Source: a virus
Direction: 5' to 3' (one strand)
Length of the DNA: 64,000 bases
IMG/VR virus record: IMGVR_UViG_3300027858_000005
Location: 3 to 64,002 of that record
The position numbers were made by a program, and so were the translations under genes. How positions within the stretch are numbered: the first letter of the stretch is position 1; every line of letters starts with the position of its first letter. This document shows, in pieces, positions 16,861-26,761 of this stretch. The notes beneath the pieces are model-generated. The model was given only the letters and a program-made list of their open reading frames with translations. It did no database searches and was not told the DNA's origin.

Positions 16861-17174
16861 TCGATGACGTCGCCTTTCTTGTGACTGTCGCCGTGACTGT
16901 CGGTGAATTCAACATCACCAATAACAACCCATTCAATGCCGTGCGGGTCACAATCGTCGGGTGCACCGCTGCCGGGGATGTAAGACTTGTCGAGCAAGCC
17001 AACATTACGAAGATCGCCGAAACAAAGATCAGGCGATGAAATGCCGCCAGCAGTGAGAACGTTTTCGATCTTCAGTGTGTAGCCAAGATATTTAGCGAAA
17101 TCCGTCGCAAGCTTCAGGTCTTCAACCTTGAAGTTGTATACGCCAGCAGTTATTTTTTGTGTGTTCATTTTCAT
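16848..17174 (-). CDS. Hypothetical early protein
   Basis: Hairpin plus ACTTAGAAAGGA RBS. Confidence 0.7.
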   Translation of the reverse strand: MKMNTQKITAGVYNFKVEDLKLATDFAKYLGYTLKIENVLTAGGISSPDLCFGDLRNVGLLDKSYIPGSGAPDDCDPHGIEWVVIGDVEFTDSHGDSHKKGDVIEWMK

Positions 17175-17215
17175 TTATCCTTTCTAAGTTAAGCCCCGTT
17201 GCCGGGGCGGTTAAG

Positions 17216-17485
17216 TTACTGGGTCCAAGCATCGGCCAGTGGTTCAACTTCAAACGTCGAAGCCATGTGCGCAATATCGATAATGTTGTTCGGCAGTGAA
17301 GCATTAAAACGTGCGTAACATTTATACTGTGCTTCAACATTGTATGAAAGATTATCAAAAGCACTTTCAAGAATAGTTTCATCAAACTGGTTTGAAACAT
17401 TCCATTGAATTTCACCTTTTGACCATGCGGTGATTTCGTCGGCTATCAGTTGCTTTACGCGTGTTAAAAAAGTATCAAAGTTCAT
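17216..17485 (-). CDS. Hypothetical early protein
   Basis: Directly under P7. Confidence 0.75.
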   Translation of the reverse strand: MNFDTFLTRVKQLIADEITAWSKGEIQWNVSNQFDETILESAFDNLSYNVEAQYKCYARFNASLPNNIIDIAHMASTFEVEPLADAWTQ

Positions 17486-17518
17486 TTCGTTTTTCCTTTC
17501 TAAGTTGACTATGTAAAG

Positions 17519-17546
17519 ATTATAACAGACCTTGCCAGAATTGCAA
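17519..17546 (-). promoter_or_regulatory. Repeated early promoter P7
   Basis: TTGCAA-N16-TATAAT-CTTTACAT. Confidence 0.8.
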
Positions 17547-17554
17547 GGTTTTTT

Positions 17555-19096
17555 TCAACCCGTTTTTGGAACCGGGAAACCGCAACGCGGCGACAGCTTG
17601 ACGAATAACCGCTTCTTTGCCCGGGTCGCGGCGACATAAAAGATTCGCGCTTCGTCGTCGCGGGTGTAACCGATCTTGTAATAATGATGCGGGCGTCGCC
17701 CCATGCTATTCGAAAAGTATACGTTATCAGCTTCGCCGCCTTTGACGCCGTGTATCGTATGAATTTCAATTTTCGGTTTGTCCAGTAACGCAGATAAACC
17801 AAAGCGGTCTTTCACTGCGGAATAATAGTGGCTGTCGTTCTCGCCTACCAGAAGGGCTTCGTTCCAGATAGCATCTGTTTTCTTGAACCCGTAGTCGCGA
17901 ACCAGTGTCGTCATTCTAATTCTGTCGGCGGGCTCTCGTTGCATTAATCTTTCGCGCGTCGTCTTCTCGATCTGGTTGTCTTGCATACTATCAACAATTG
18001 ATATAATCGAAGAAACGGGGACAGACTCGCCGTTCTGTAATTTCGTCCAAGCGTTAGCAAGGCGCAAGTGTTGTTGTTTAACTGAATTGCGTTCGTTGCA
18101 AACAAACGGGTAACCGTGTCGGCGTAGCCATGCCGCAAGGTCGTCTTGTTGGCTTCGCGTTCTTGTCAGAAGATACCAGCTTTCACCGTTATCAAGTGGG
18201 CAGTCTTCGAGCCCGCCCACGAAATTGAATTCGCCGTCTTCGTCGCGCGGCGACCATTCTTTTTCGTATCGGTCGTCGATCATCGAAACGATGCTGATTG
18301 CAAATTCCCAAACCGCCCGGGGTAGCCGGTACGATTCCGCCAGAACCGTTCGGTGTGCGTCCATGTGTCGAAACGTGTGCAGGTCAGCGCCCGCCCACGA
18401 ATAAATTGCTTGATCATCGTCGCCAGCAATCCAGACTGTTTGCACGTCTTTAAACATTTGCTTCGCGAACTTCCATTGCAACGGCGACAGGTCTTGCGCT
18501 TCATCGATGATTGCGAAGTCGACGTCGAGCGGATCAAGACTGCACCCCATTTCAAGCATGTCATGAAAATCAACAAGACCGTTTAATTTTTTGTAGGTTT
18601 CCAGCGCAACGCCCATCTTGACGAATTCGTTCAAGCCGTCGGTCATGCCGCCGAAGTAGAACCGGCGCAGTGTCATTGACGCGGCTATTTTTTCGAAGTG
18701 GTCGCCGTAGCCCCGGCATAGATTCCGGGCAAGCCCCAAATGAAACCCGGTCATATTGCGCGCTAAAACTGACGTATCCATTTCGGCGGGCATAATATCT
18801 TTCCCCAGATATTCGCCCAGTTCGCGCCAGTGGTCCGGCTTCATTACGTCGTTGTGCTTTAATCGGTTCCGATGAAAAGCCGTGCTGTGCATTGTTCGAA
18901 AATGGGGGAAGTCGTCTTTCGGTAAATCGAACCGGGCGGCGGCTCGGTCGCGTGCTTCGTTCGCTGCCTTGCGTGTGAAACTCACGTACGCAATTCGGTC
19001 TGGGGTGACTCCTTTGTCAAGCAACTGTTCAACGACGTCGATGCAGGTAGAAGTTTTACCCGTTCCCGGCGGTCCTAGTATCATTTCTTTCCGCAT
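17555..19096 (-). CDS. UvrD/Rep-type SF1 helicase
   Basis: GPPGTGKT, IIDEAQD, AGDDDQAIY, SYRLP, TIHGVKGGE, FYVAATRAK. Confidence 0.95.
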   Translation of the reverse strand: MRKEMILGPPGTGKTSTCIDVVEQLLDKGVTPDRIAYVSFTRKAANEARDRAAARFDLPKDDFPHFRTMHSTAFHRNRLKHNDVMKPDHWRELGEYLGKDIMPAEMDTSVLARNMTGFHLGLARNLCRGYGDHFEKIAASMTLRRFYFGGMTDGLNEFVKMGVALETYKKLNGLVDFHDMLEMGCSLDPLDVDFAIIDEAQDLSPLQWKFAKQMFKDVQTVWIAGDDDQAIYSWAGADLHTFRHMDAHRTVLAESYRLPRAVWEFAISIVSMIDDRYEKEWSPRDEDGEFNFVGGLEDCPLDNGESWYLLTRTRSQQDDLAAWLRRHGYPFVCNERNSVKQQHLRLANAWTKLQNGESVPVSSIISIVDSMQDNQIEKTTRERLMQREPADRIRMTTLVRDYGFKKTDAIWNEALLVGENDSHYYSAVKDRFGLSALLDKPKIEIHTIHGVKGGEADNVYFSNSMGRRPHHYYKIGYTRDDEARIFYVAATRAKKRLFVKLSPRCGFPVPKTG

Positions 19097-20664
19097 CAGA
19101 AATTTGTTTCGGGTGGTATGACTGGGTCTAGTTCCTGCGTCGAATCAACTCGAAGTGTTCCCGCGTCCGCTTCCCAATAAGTCAGCCCGATAGTATCGGA
19201 ACCGTTTCGAATGGTTGTCCGGTCACGTCGCATGTCAAAGGCTTCTAAGTGCTTTCCTATTACTTTCGGGTTTGGGGTCACACGCGTTTTTTCACGAATG
19301 AAGTCAACGAGTGATTCCAACCTGAAACGGTACACCCCTTCGACTTTCAAAGCAAGACCGTCGAACAACTGGTTGTTGTTTTTCGCGTGCGACATCATTT
19401 TCAGGTAGTCTTTCAAATGCTCCAACGTCTGCGACTGGGGTGACAACTCGAATGGTATTTCAATTGTCTGGCAACCGTCCAGCGCATTTTGAATCACGTT
19501 TCGCCAGCGGGCTTGCGGAATTATCTGCGGGTAAAAGTTAACCTTTTCAATACACTGCGCGCCGAACTTCTTCTGCTCCATTAAACCGCTTACGTCTTCG
19601 TAGCGCAGAACATGACCGCGCACCGTGATTTCCCATTCTGGCTTTTCGTCGATTACCTTGCCGGTCGGCGTCATGTAAACCAGTTTTTTCAAATCCTGTA
19701 AATCGATGTCCATTTCGAATCGTTCTTCGATAGCCCCGCCGACGCCGTGCTTTCGTCGCATACAAACAGCCCGGTTGCAAACCTGCGTCAATGGCGCTTG
19801 CGTGCAAAGGTAACCGTAATCGCGCCGCCCTAGCGATTTGTAAATCGTGTCGTTCAACTCCCGGGTCGACAGCGGCGGGTTCACATACTTGATATTGAAT
19901 TCGTCAACGTACTCTTGCCAGTCGTCTTCGCCGTATTTGATCTTCGCATAAACGCCCATCTGCAACAGAACCGTATTGCGCCCGCCCTCGCTGATGCCGT
20001 CCCGGGCGAAGTGCTGGCAGCACGGCGGACCGTCCGAGAATGGGTATTCAATGGTCGGCACTTTTAAATCGCGGAATTGTTTCCTGCTCAAACTACTGCG
20101 TTTTGCTAATTCAAGGAATTCATCAAGGTCAAGCTGATCGCCGTCACGGCTGAACGCATAGCGAACGGTAAAGTCGGCTTGAAAATACGGCATGTTCAAC
20201 CAGTTGCCATATTGATCTTCTTCCAGTTTTATTTGCTTCGGGAAAATTTCTGTACCATCGAAGCCCATCGCTTGCGCAAACGCCTTCAGCTTTTTGACGA
20301 CTTCCGACGCTTTGATTTTCTCGGTAAAGAAAACGTACACGTGAGCCCCGCCAGATTTTGACCGGACAACGATAAACGGCAAGCCGTGTTCTTTGATGAA
20401 CTGATTCATCGTGGCGCAAACGTTCGCGCCATACGAATCGATATCGAGCGCCGCCCACATGACCGTTCCGTCGTCGCAAATTGGAATGATGCCCAGACTT
20501 CGAATGCCGTCAAGATGTTGCTGCCACATTTCAAGCGTCGGCGGGGTTGCAATGGTCTTCGCTTCGCCGGATACTTTTTCGCCTTCGATGGTTTCATCGA
20601 TTGCGTATGTGCCGTGCGCCCGGTCGAGCCCGACGAATAACTTTTGTAACTTTTTTGCTGACAT
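19096..20664 (-). CDS. AEP-superfamily primase with PriCT-like domain
   Basis: ALDID, RSKSGGAHVY, EIFPKQ, GNWLNMPY, EGGRNTVL. Confidence 0.85.
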   Translation of the reverse strand: MSAKKLQKLFVGLDRAHGTYAIDETIEGEKVSGEAKTIATPPTLEMWQQHLDGIRSLGIIPICDDGTVMWAALDIDSYGANVCATMNQFIKEHGLPFIVVRSKSGGAHVYVFFTEKIKASEVVKKLKAFAQAMGFDGTEIFPKQIKLEEDQYGNWLNMPYFQADFTVRYAFSRDGDQLDLDEFLELAKRSSLSRKQFRDLKVPTIEYPFSDGPPCCQHFARDGISEGGRNTVLLQMGVYAKIKYGEDDWQEYVDEFNIKYVNPPLSTRELNDTIYKSLGRRDYGYLCTQAPLTQVCNRAVCMRRKHGVGGAIEERFEMDIDLQDLKKLVYMTPTGKVIDEKPEWEITVRGHVLRYEDVSGLMEQKKFGAQCIEKVNFYPQIIPQARWRNVIQNALDGCQTIEIPFELSPQSQTLEHLKDYLKMMSHAKNNNQLFDGLALKVEGVYRFRLESLVDFIREKTRVTPNPKVIGKHLEAFDMRRDRTTIRNGSDTIGLTYWEADAGTLRVDSTQELDPVIPPETNF

Positions 20665-20724
20665 TTTTATTTTTCCGTATCTAAGTATTTTTATTACAGT
20701 GTATCTGTTTACTACTAGGGAAAT

Positions 20725-20753
20725 AAAAGGGGCTACGTTTCCGTAGCCCCTTT
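20725..20753 (-). terminator. Rho-independent terminator
   Basis: GGGGCTAC/GTAGCCCC stem plus U tract. Confidence 0.75.
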
Positions 20754-20757
20754 CACG

Positions 20758-21597
20758 CTAGAACGTCGCCGGTTCTGAAGGTTGTGGATTTTCAGATTCA
20801 CCCGTTGGCGTTTTTGCTTTTTCACTGGTGGCTTCGCCGCCGGGTTCTTGATCGACGCTTTTCACTGCCCCTTGTTGAAACGCCTGATAAAACTTTATTG
20901 CTGCGTTTAACTGGTTCTGGTCAGTCACAAGCGACGGCGCTTTGATGTCCCAAATACGCCACGTGTTGTTGTCTTTCTGCTGGGCTTCAGACCCGACGGA
21001 ATAGATCAACTGGCAGGTCGCCCGCAAACCGCGCGCGGTGACTTGCTTGTTCATGTCCGAAAACCATCGACGCGAACGCTTGACTTGCGTGCGTTCCATG
21101 TTGATGACGCCCGGGTAAAAAATACCGTTACCACGAACAACGACCACGTAATGAATCCGGGTGTCGTTCAGTTCATGCCCATTCGGAAGAATGTCACGGT
21201 TCTTATCGTTAAGCGTTGTCTGACGCATCAGTTCTTCGCCTTCGACCGGGTCGTATTCCGCGATGAAACCTTGTCGACCATCGGAATCAGTTTCGTTACG
21301 GGGAACCCATTCGACAAAGACGCGTTTGTACCCAACAGGTATAAACTGAATCTTTTCTTTTTCCGGGTCGATTACTTCGCCGCCGATGGTGTCGTATAAC
21401 ATCCCGGCTTTTGTACCTTCGATGAAACTTTCGCTGTCAGGGTCAGCTTGTGGCGAACCCTTTTGCAATAGCCGCATGAACGGGGTGGCAAACGAAGACG
21501 AATCAGCGTTTTCTAAACCCGCGCCATCTGGTAGGACGTCATCGGGAATGGTAAGCGCGGTTGCGCCTGATGTTTCTAGGTCTTTTTTGTTACTCAT
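20758..21597 (-). CDS. ssDNA-binding/annealing-type protein
   Basis: PFMRLLQKGSPQ...GTKAG motif; polar tail ending in Phe; replication-module position. Confidence 0.6.
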   Translation of the reverse strand: MSNKKDLETSGATALTIPDDVLPDGAGLENADSSSFATPFMRLLQKGSPQADPDSESFIEGTKAGMLYDTIGGEVIDPEKEKIQFIPVGYKRVFVEWVPRNETDSDGRQGFIAEYDPVEGEELMRQTTLNDKNRDILPNGHELNDTRIHYVVVVRGNGIFYPGVINMERTQVKRSRRWFSDMNKQVTARGLRATCQLIYSVGSEAQQKDNNTWRIWDIKAPSLVTDQNQLNAAIKFYQAFQQGAVKSVDQEPGGEATSEKAKTPTGESENPQPSEPATF

Positions 21598-21666
21598 TGG
21601 TGTTACCTCATTGGTGATTGATTAAAATGGGCTGTTTTCTAAATAGGGAACCCGACCCTATTCACC

Positions 21667-22212
21667 TTACTTCTTTACCTTCGACACTCGCTTTTCGTAA
21701 TAGCTGATGCTTTCTGGTACTACGTTGCTGTTCGCAAGTTGTTCGTTAACCCACGCGCGCAATGTTCCGGGGTGGATAGACGTTTTCGCCTCGAAGGCGA
21801 TTTCGTTCGTATCCAATAATGATTTTAATATTTCCGCTTTGCCGTCTTCACCGGGTCCGAACGTCGTCGTGATCGCGTTGCGAATAATAGCGCCGTGATT
21901 GTGATCTTTCAACCAGCGATGTGCTTCGGCCCGATTTTTTTCACTGATGTTTGCAAAAACTGATTCTTTGACATCGATTTCGGTGCCGTCGGTCAAGCGA
22001 AAAGTTTCAAACCCGATTGCAAGCATGGCGTCAGGCAATAGATTTTCGTTTATTGTTTGTAAATTCTGCTTTGCAAGACGCAGGGAATTTTCAAGGTCTG
22101 CGACGGTACTTTCAGCGGCAAGCTGACGATTCGCAAGTGCTTCGACAGTTTTCATTTGTTCGTCGGATGGGGTCCGCACTTCTTCGAGTGCAGTTAAGTC
22201 TAGTTCTGGCAT
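21667..22212 (-). CDS. Conserved replication-module protein
   Basis: LPDAM...FRLTDG...WLKDHNHGAIIRN...HPGTLRAWV pattern. Confidence 0.65.
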   Translation of the reverse strand: MPELDLTALEEVRTPSDEQMKTVEALANRQLAAESTVADLENSLRLAKQNLQTINENLLPDAMLAIGFETFRLTDGTEIDVKESVFANISEKNRAEAHRWLKDHNHGAIIRNAITTTFGPGEDGKAEILKSLLDTNEIAFEAKTSIHPGTLRAWVNEQLANSNVVPESISYYEKRVSKVKK

Positions 22213-22236
22213 TTCGTTTTCTCCTTTCTATGATCG

Positions 22237-22617
22237 TTAAATTTTGAAATCCATCTTGACGTATTGCCGGGTGTTGCCCGCCCAGCGCAAGATACTGAAG
22301 CCGCCGAAATCCCGAACGGCAATGGCACAACAAAGCGCGACTGCGACTGGGTCACCGACAGCAATGATTGAATCTTCGTCGGGGTTGAAATCTCGCAAAG
22401 CCCTTCGAACCTGACTGATGTTCGCAGCCATCGCCGCCGGGGGAACCCCGTGCCCACCGAAGACAGGTTCGTTTTGAATCTCGCCGTACGCCGACGCGAT
22501 GGTCACATCGACAGCCGGGTCTTTCAACACTTCGCCGGTATCACGATCACGAAGCGGTTTGCCCGTTCCGTCGCGACGAATTCGATACGGGATCGACGGT
22601 ATAAAACATTTTGGCAT
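22237..22617 (-). CDS. Hypothetical protein
   Basis: ATG at 22617 with GAAAGGAG RBS. Confidence 0.7.
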   Translation of the reverse strand: MPKCFIPSIPYRIRRDGTGKPLRDRDTGEVLKDPAVDVTIASAYGEIQNEPVFGGHGVPPAAMAANISQVRRALRDFNPDEDSIIAVGDPVAVALCCAIAVRDFGGFSILRWAGNTRQYVKMDFKI

Positions 22618-22645
22618 TTCGGTTTCTCCTTTCGAACTGTTAATG

Positions 22646-24277
22646 TTACAACTTCGCGGGGCAAGGTGCAAATAAATCTTGCACAATTCCAGCGGCAACG
22701 ACGCCGGTGTGCGCCTTCTCGCTTTCCATAATCCGCAAACTGTCTTGTGTGATCATGTCCGCGAGACTCATTTTCTTTGCTAGCGCCATAACAATTTTAG
22801 TGTCAACCGTTCCCCGGCATTCCAGATCAACGTAGTTGACAGGGTGATGTTGTCCGATGCGGTGTGCCCGGTCTTCTGATTGCAACCGCGCTTCAAGACT
22901 GAAATCGTTGCTGTAATAAATCACCGTTGTTGCAGCGGTCAAGGTCAACCCGTAGCCGCCGGAATGTTGTTGACCGACAAAGAAGCGCGACTGTTCTTCT
23001 TCGGGCACCGGGTCCACGCGAACGACTTGGCGTGTTTCCGGGTCGATGATGGGGCGCTCACCTTGAAACAATGTCTGCGCTTCTTCCCGGTCAGCATCTT
23101 TTACGCCGCCGTGATAACTGACAACACTTGTCGGCCCATATTCTTTTCGTAGGGCGTTTTCTATCGCTTCGATTTCAGGGCGAAACCTCGACCAGATAAT
23201 AACCTTGCCTTCGGTTTCTTCGATGACGTCCAGCATCGATTGAATACGTGGGTTGCTGGTGCCGATGGGTTGCGCAACACCGTATTCTTCTTCGGGCACA
23301 AAGCCGCCGATGATTTGTTGTAAACGCAAAAGCCGGGTCAGTACATTCGACACCGGCACGTTCTGCCCATCCATTTCGATGACTGAATCGTGAATCAGTT
23401 TGTTGTAAACTTTGCGCTGATCTTCGCTTAATTCGACGTAGCGAATCTGATAAATCTTGTCGGGTAGGTCAAGGCATTCTTCTTTCGTTATGCGAGAACT
23501 ATGCGGGGCTAGTAGTGCAATCAGTTTGTCGAGATTTTTATATTCGACTAGTGCTTCGAATTCTTGTTTTTCGTCTTTGCCGGGGATGTAACGATATTCA
23601 GTTTGCCATTCCGCAAAATACTTCTTGAACGAAACGAAATTGTCGAAGCCAATTATCGACGGGTCGAGAAATCGGAACTGTGAATAAATATCGAACGGGC
23701 TGTTCGTGACGGGTGTTCCTGTCAGTATCCGACGGCAGACCGCGTGTCGTCCAAGATGGTACATTGCCCGGGTTCGTTTCGCGCCGGGTGTTTTGATCTT
23801 GCTCGATTCGTCGACCGCCATCATGACTTTCAACGAATTCAAAATCGGGCGCAGGAACTTCGCCGGTCGGCAAGCTTGGGAATTCGTGAAGCCTTCGAGA
23901 TTGATCGCGATGACGCGCAAGCCTTCGAAGCCGGGTTCGAGAACATGATCGACGGCGCGCTTTTCCGCGACCCTCATTGTCGCTGACCACGTAGCGCCCC
24001 GGTAGTTTGTCCATTCTGGCATGTGCGCAGGTAGTTCACGACTGATCCAGTTGCGGTGAACGCCCTTCGGCGCGACGATGACCAGACAGTTGACCCGCCC
24101 GTGGTAGAAGTTGTACGCGGCGGTATCGATCACGATTTTCGATTTGCCGGTTCCCATCCCCATCAACAGCGCAAAACTTAATGTATCACGGGAACGCAGG
24201 AAGATTTCACGTTGATGATCGTATGGCTTGGTTTTCCAGACATAATCTTCCGCTTTCACGGGTATCGGTTCTGACAT
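22646..24277 (-). CDS. SNF2-type SF2 helicase
   Basis: GMGTGKS, VDESSKIK, ILTGTPVTNSP, GGYGLTL, QSEDRAHRIGQ. Confidence 0.95.
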   Translation of the reverse strand: MSEPIPVKAEDYVWKTKPYDHQREIFLRSRDTLSFALLMGMGTGKSKIVIDTAAYNFYHGRVNCLVIVAPKGVHRNWISRELPAHMPEWTNYRGATWSATMRVAEKRAVDHVLEPGFEGLRVIAINLEGFTNSQACRPAKFLRPILNSLKVMMAVDESSKIKTPGAKRTRAMYHLGRHAVCRRILTGTPVTNSPFDIYSQFRFLDPSIIGFDNFVSFKKYFAEWQTEYRYIPGKDEKQEFEALVEYKNLDKLIALLAPHSSRITKEECLDLPDKIYQIRYVELSEDQRKVYNKLIHDSVIEMDGQNVPVSNVLTRLLRLQQIIGGFVPEEEYGVAQPIGTSNPRIQSMLDVIEETEGKVIIWSRFRPEIEAIENALRKEYGPTSVVSYHGGVKDADREEAQTLFQGERPIIDPETRQVVRVDPVPEEEQSRFFVGQQHSGGYGLTLTAATTVIYYSNDFSLEARLQSEDRAHRIGQHHPVNYVDLECRGTVDTKIVMALAKKMSLADMITQDSLRIMESEKAHTGVVAAGIVQDLFAPCPAKL

Positions 24278-24319
24278 GTTTTTCCCTTTCTGATTTTCGC
24301 AATTGTATCACGGGGTCAG

Positions 24320-24590
24320 GATAAATTGCGACGCCCTAATAAGTAAACGGATTTTCAAACTTTCAGACAGGGTGTTAAGATTATAACACGTTTCGCACGC
24401 GCGCGCCATTAGAGAATTACACTTTTCAAATACCTGATAACTTGAAAAACGGCTAACTGACAACAAAGCTGTAAAACTATACCCTGTTATAAAACAGCAA
24501 ATAATCTTCACACACGTTTGAAATCTATGTATATTGTTTAACCTTATAGGAGATTACAATTTTCGGGGTCTTAATGGGTGTTCAAAAGCG
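24320..24590. promoter_or_regulatory. AT-rich control region A, paralogous to 61265-61665; contains an extended -10 (24380-24385, minus strand)
   Basis: Shares 23-, ~45-, 21- and (inverted) 16-nt blocks with region B. Confidence 0.75.
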
Positions 24591-24593
24591 GGG

Positions 24594-24878
24594 TTATTCG
24601 TCGAGAATCCACAAACGCAGGGATTCGTGCCTAGCGGCACAATCTCGGTATATCTGGTCTGCGAGTACCTTATTTTGGAGAACGGCCCGCAGGGCGTCTT
24701 CAGCGGGCAGTGTGACGGTGATTTGAGCTAGCGTCGGAAGCGGTTTGCAGTGTTCCATCGCTTCGATGGGTTTTCCCCGGGGAATTTCAGTTGGTGGTAA
24801 CACCACGGGCTGAATCGTTCCACAACCTGACAAACTCATAAGAAATAGGGTTGTAATCGACTTGCGCATTGCATTCAC
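24594..24878 (-). CDS. o-spanin (Rz1-like lipoprotein)
   Basis: Lipobox LSGC, Pro-rich, overlaps the 3' end of the i-spanin. Confidence 0.8.
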   Translation of the reverse strand: MNAMRKSITTLFLMSLSGCGTIQPVVLPPTEIPRGKPIEAMEHCKPLPTLAQITVTLPAEDALRAVLQNKVLADQIYRDCAARHESLRLWILDE

Positions 24879-25206
24879 CTTCTATCGTCAGTATTTGGGG
24901 CACAGGCTTCGCCAGTTTAGCCAGTTTCAATGATTCGGTAAGACGGCGTGCCTTGGCGTCACTTTCAGCTATCGTCGCTGTCAGCGCAATTCTCGCGGTC
25001 GTGTCCCGCTTCACTTGCGCCGTGTGCTTCTCGATCAAAATATCTTGTTCCGCTTTCCAGACTTCTATTGCGGCTATCTGGGCTTCCGCGAACTTCGCTT
25101 CTAGCCGCCACCCGTTCACACTCCAACCTGCGCCGAAGGCGACTGCGCTCGCGACGCCGACGATCACGACGGTCGATTTCAATTTTGTAATGAAGCCCAG
25201 TGCCAT
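24787..25206 (-). CDS. i-spanin (Rz-like)
   Basis: N-terminal TM (AFGAGWSVNGWRL), coiled coil, FVRLWN C-terminus. Confidence 0.8.
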   Translation of the reverse strand: MALGFITKLKSTVVIVGVASAVAFGAGWSVNGWRLEAKFAEAQIAAIEVWKAEQDILIEKHTAQVKRDTTARIALTATIAESDAKARRLTESLKLAKLAKPVPQILTIEGECNAQVDYNPISYEFVRLWNDSARGVTTN

Positions 25207-25221
25207 CGATTACAGACGCCT

Positions 25222-25746
25222 TCACCGAAGCTTCGACAGCTTGGCGTTGATGACGTCCCACGCGGCTTCGCGCAGGTCGTCGCCGTCGTTGCTGACGGTC
25301 GCGTGGCAAAGCGCATCAGGAAAGTATGAAACGTTGCTGTCATCGTCCGGGCTTTCAACGCGTAGCAGGAACCCACCAGCTTCCACAATCCATTTCGCTT
25401 CGTTGCCAAGTTGAACATCAGGGATCACCATGCGCCCTTCGTTGTCCGCGTTGACCATGTGCCAGCGACCTTCAGCCATCAGAACCCACAAGTTTTTGTC
25501 AACGCTGTTCATACCCCATCCAACTAGAAGTGAATTCAATAAGTATTCCGGCGATTTTCCCAGCCACGGGATAGAACGGTATCGCGCGTCGTCGTTTGTC
25601 CAGACGTCTTCGCGAATGTGCAATTGCTTCAGCATGTTTTTGACAGGGTCGGCGAAACAGTATTGTTCATATACATCATGCTCGACCATCTTTTGCGCTA
25701 GTTCATCTTTCCCGCACTCGGGCGTTCCCGTCAGACCAATCAACAT
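25222..25746 (-). CDS. Deoxynucleoside monophosphate kinase
   Basis: LIGLTGTPECGKDELA, FADPVK, VIPDV. Confidence 0.8.
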   Translation of the reverse strand: MLIGLTGTPECGKDELAQKMVEHDVYEQYCFADPVKNMLKQLHIREDVWTNDDARYRSIPWLGKSPEYLLNSLLVGWGMNSVDKNLWVLMAEGRWHMVNADNEGRMVIPDVQLGNEAKWIVEAGGFLLRVESPDDDSNVSYFPDALCHATVSNDGDDLREAAWDVINAKLSKLR

Positions 25747-25810
25747 TGCGGCTTCTCCTTTATTCAGCAATGCAGAATTGTAACTTCTTTTTGCATAACT
25801 GCATAGCCAC

Positions 25811-25832
25811 AAAAAAGCCCCGTTGCCGGGGC
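25811..25832 (-). terminator. Rho-independent terminator
   Basis: GCCCCG-GCAA-CGGGGC plus U6 on the minus strand. Confidence 0.8.
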
Positions 25833-25838
25833 TGGTTG

Positions 25839-26120
25839 TTAGTAGGTGTAAAATCCTGTACAGATTCCAAGGTAACCGCCGATGGTTTCGGGGCGACTGA
25901 TCAGTTCAGTCAGGTCAATCGCGCCAACCCAACCAAGACCGTCAACTTTAAATGTCAAGAAACGTGCGGGGCGGTTGCTGTCAAAATGTTCACCAGCTAT
26001 TTCAGCCATTTTACGCGTCGCTTTAACTGCGCCGTCATCAGTCTTGTAATGTTTACAAGGGTTTTTCGTTTCAGTCATTCGGTTATGAATACGTGCTGTT
26101 AATGTTTCAGTGATGTGCAT
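25839..26120 (-). CDS. Hypothetical early protein
   Basis: Single gene between P8 and a terminator. Confidence 0.75.
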   Translation of the reverse strand: MHITETLTARIHNRMTETKNPCKHYKTDDGAVKATRKMAEIAGEHFDSNRPARFLTFKVDGLGWVGAIDLTELISRPETIGGYLGICTGFYTY

Positions 26121-26155
26121 TGCTTTTTTCCTTTCTAAGTTTAAGTAATGTAAAG

Positions 26156-26183
26156 ATTATAACACGGTCTTACAGAAACGCAA
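26156..26183 (-). promoter_or_regulatory. Repeated early promoter P8
   Basis: TTGCGT-N16-TATAAT-CTTTACAT. Confidence 0.8.
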
Positions 26184-26197
26184 GCGTTTTTTTAAAT

Positions 26198-26761
26198 TTA
26201 TTTCCAAGCCCAAAGAAGATAGCACCCGTCGTCATAACGAACTTCGTCAACCCGGCTGAAATGTTTCAACAACTTTTCGTCCCACCAGTCGCGGTCCTGA
26301 ATCGTCAAATGTAATTGAAGACCAAGTGCGTCGCCGTCTTTGTCTGGCAACCGAGCAATACCGAAAAATACCGCGTCAGTGACGTGCGCAGCGATGTTCA
26401 TCAAAACCGTGCTAACGTCGTCAGTCGGTATGTGTTCCATCAAGTCAGTGCAGATTCCGAACTGCGCTTGTCCGAGCGTGACCATAGAACCGGCGTCGCG
26501 AAGATCGCCGACAGTTATCAGGTTATGATTTTGCGTGATCGCGTTCGCGGCGATTTCGATTCCTTTTGGCAAGAAGCTTGCTTGCTTCAACCAGCCCAGC
26601 GAAGAACCGTTGCCGCAACCGAAGTCGATGACAGTAGAACCGTATACCGCTGTTTTTAGAAACGGACGTTTGTACGGGCGACCAAGTCCAATATCAACCC
26701 AGTTTTTACCGTAGCGTTTACAATCACGCCAGACTTTTTCATACTTTTCTTTTTCGTTCAT
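26198..26761 (-). CDS. Class I SAM-dependent methyltransferase
   Basis: VIDFGCGNG, GIEI, CTDLMEHIP. Confidence 0.85.
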   Translation of the reverse strand: MNEKEKYEKVWRDCKRYGKNWVDIGLGRPYKRPFLKTAVYGSTVIDFGCGNGSSLGWLKQASFLPKGIEIAANAITQNHNLITVGDLRDAGSMVTLGQAQFGICTDLMEHIPTDDVSTVLMNIAAHVTDAVFFGIARLPDKDGDALGLQLHLTIQDRDWWDEKLLKHFSRVDEVRYDDGCYLLWAWK

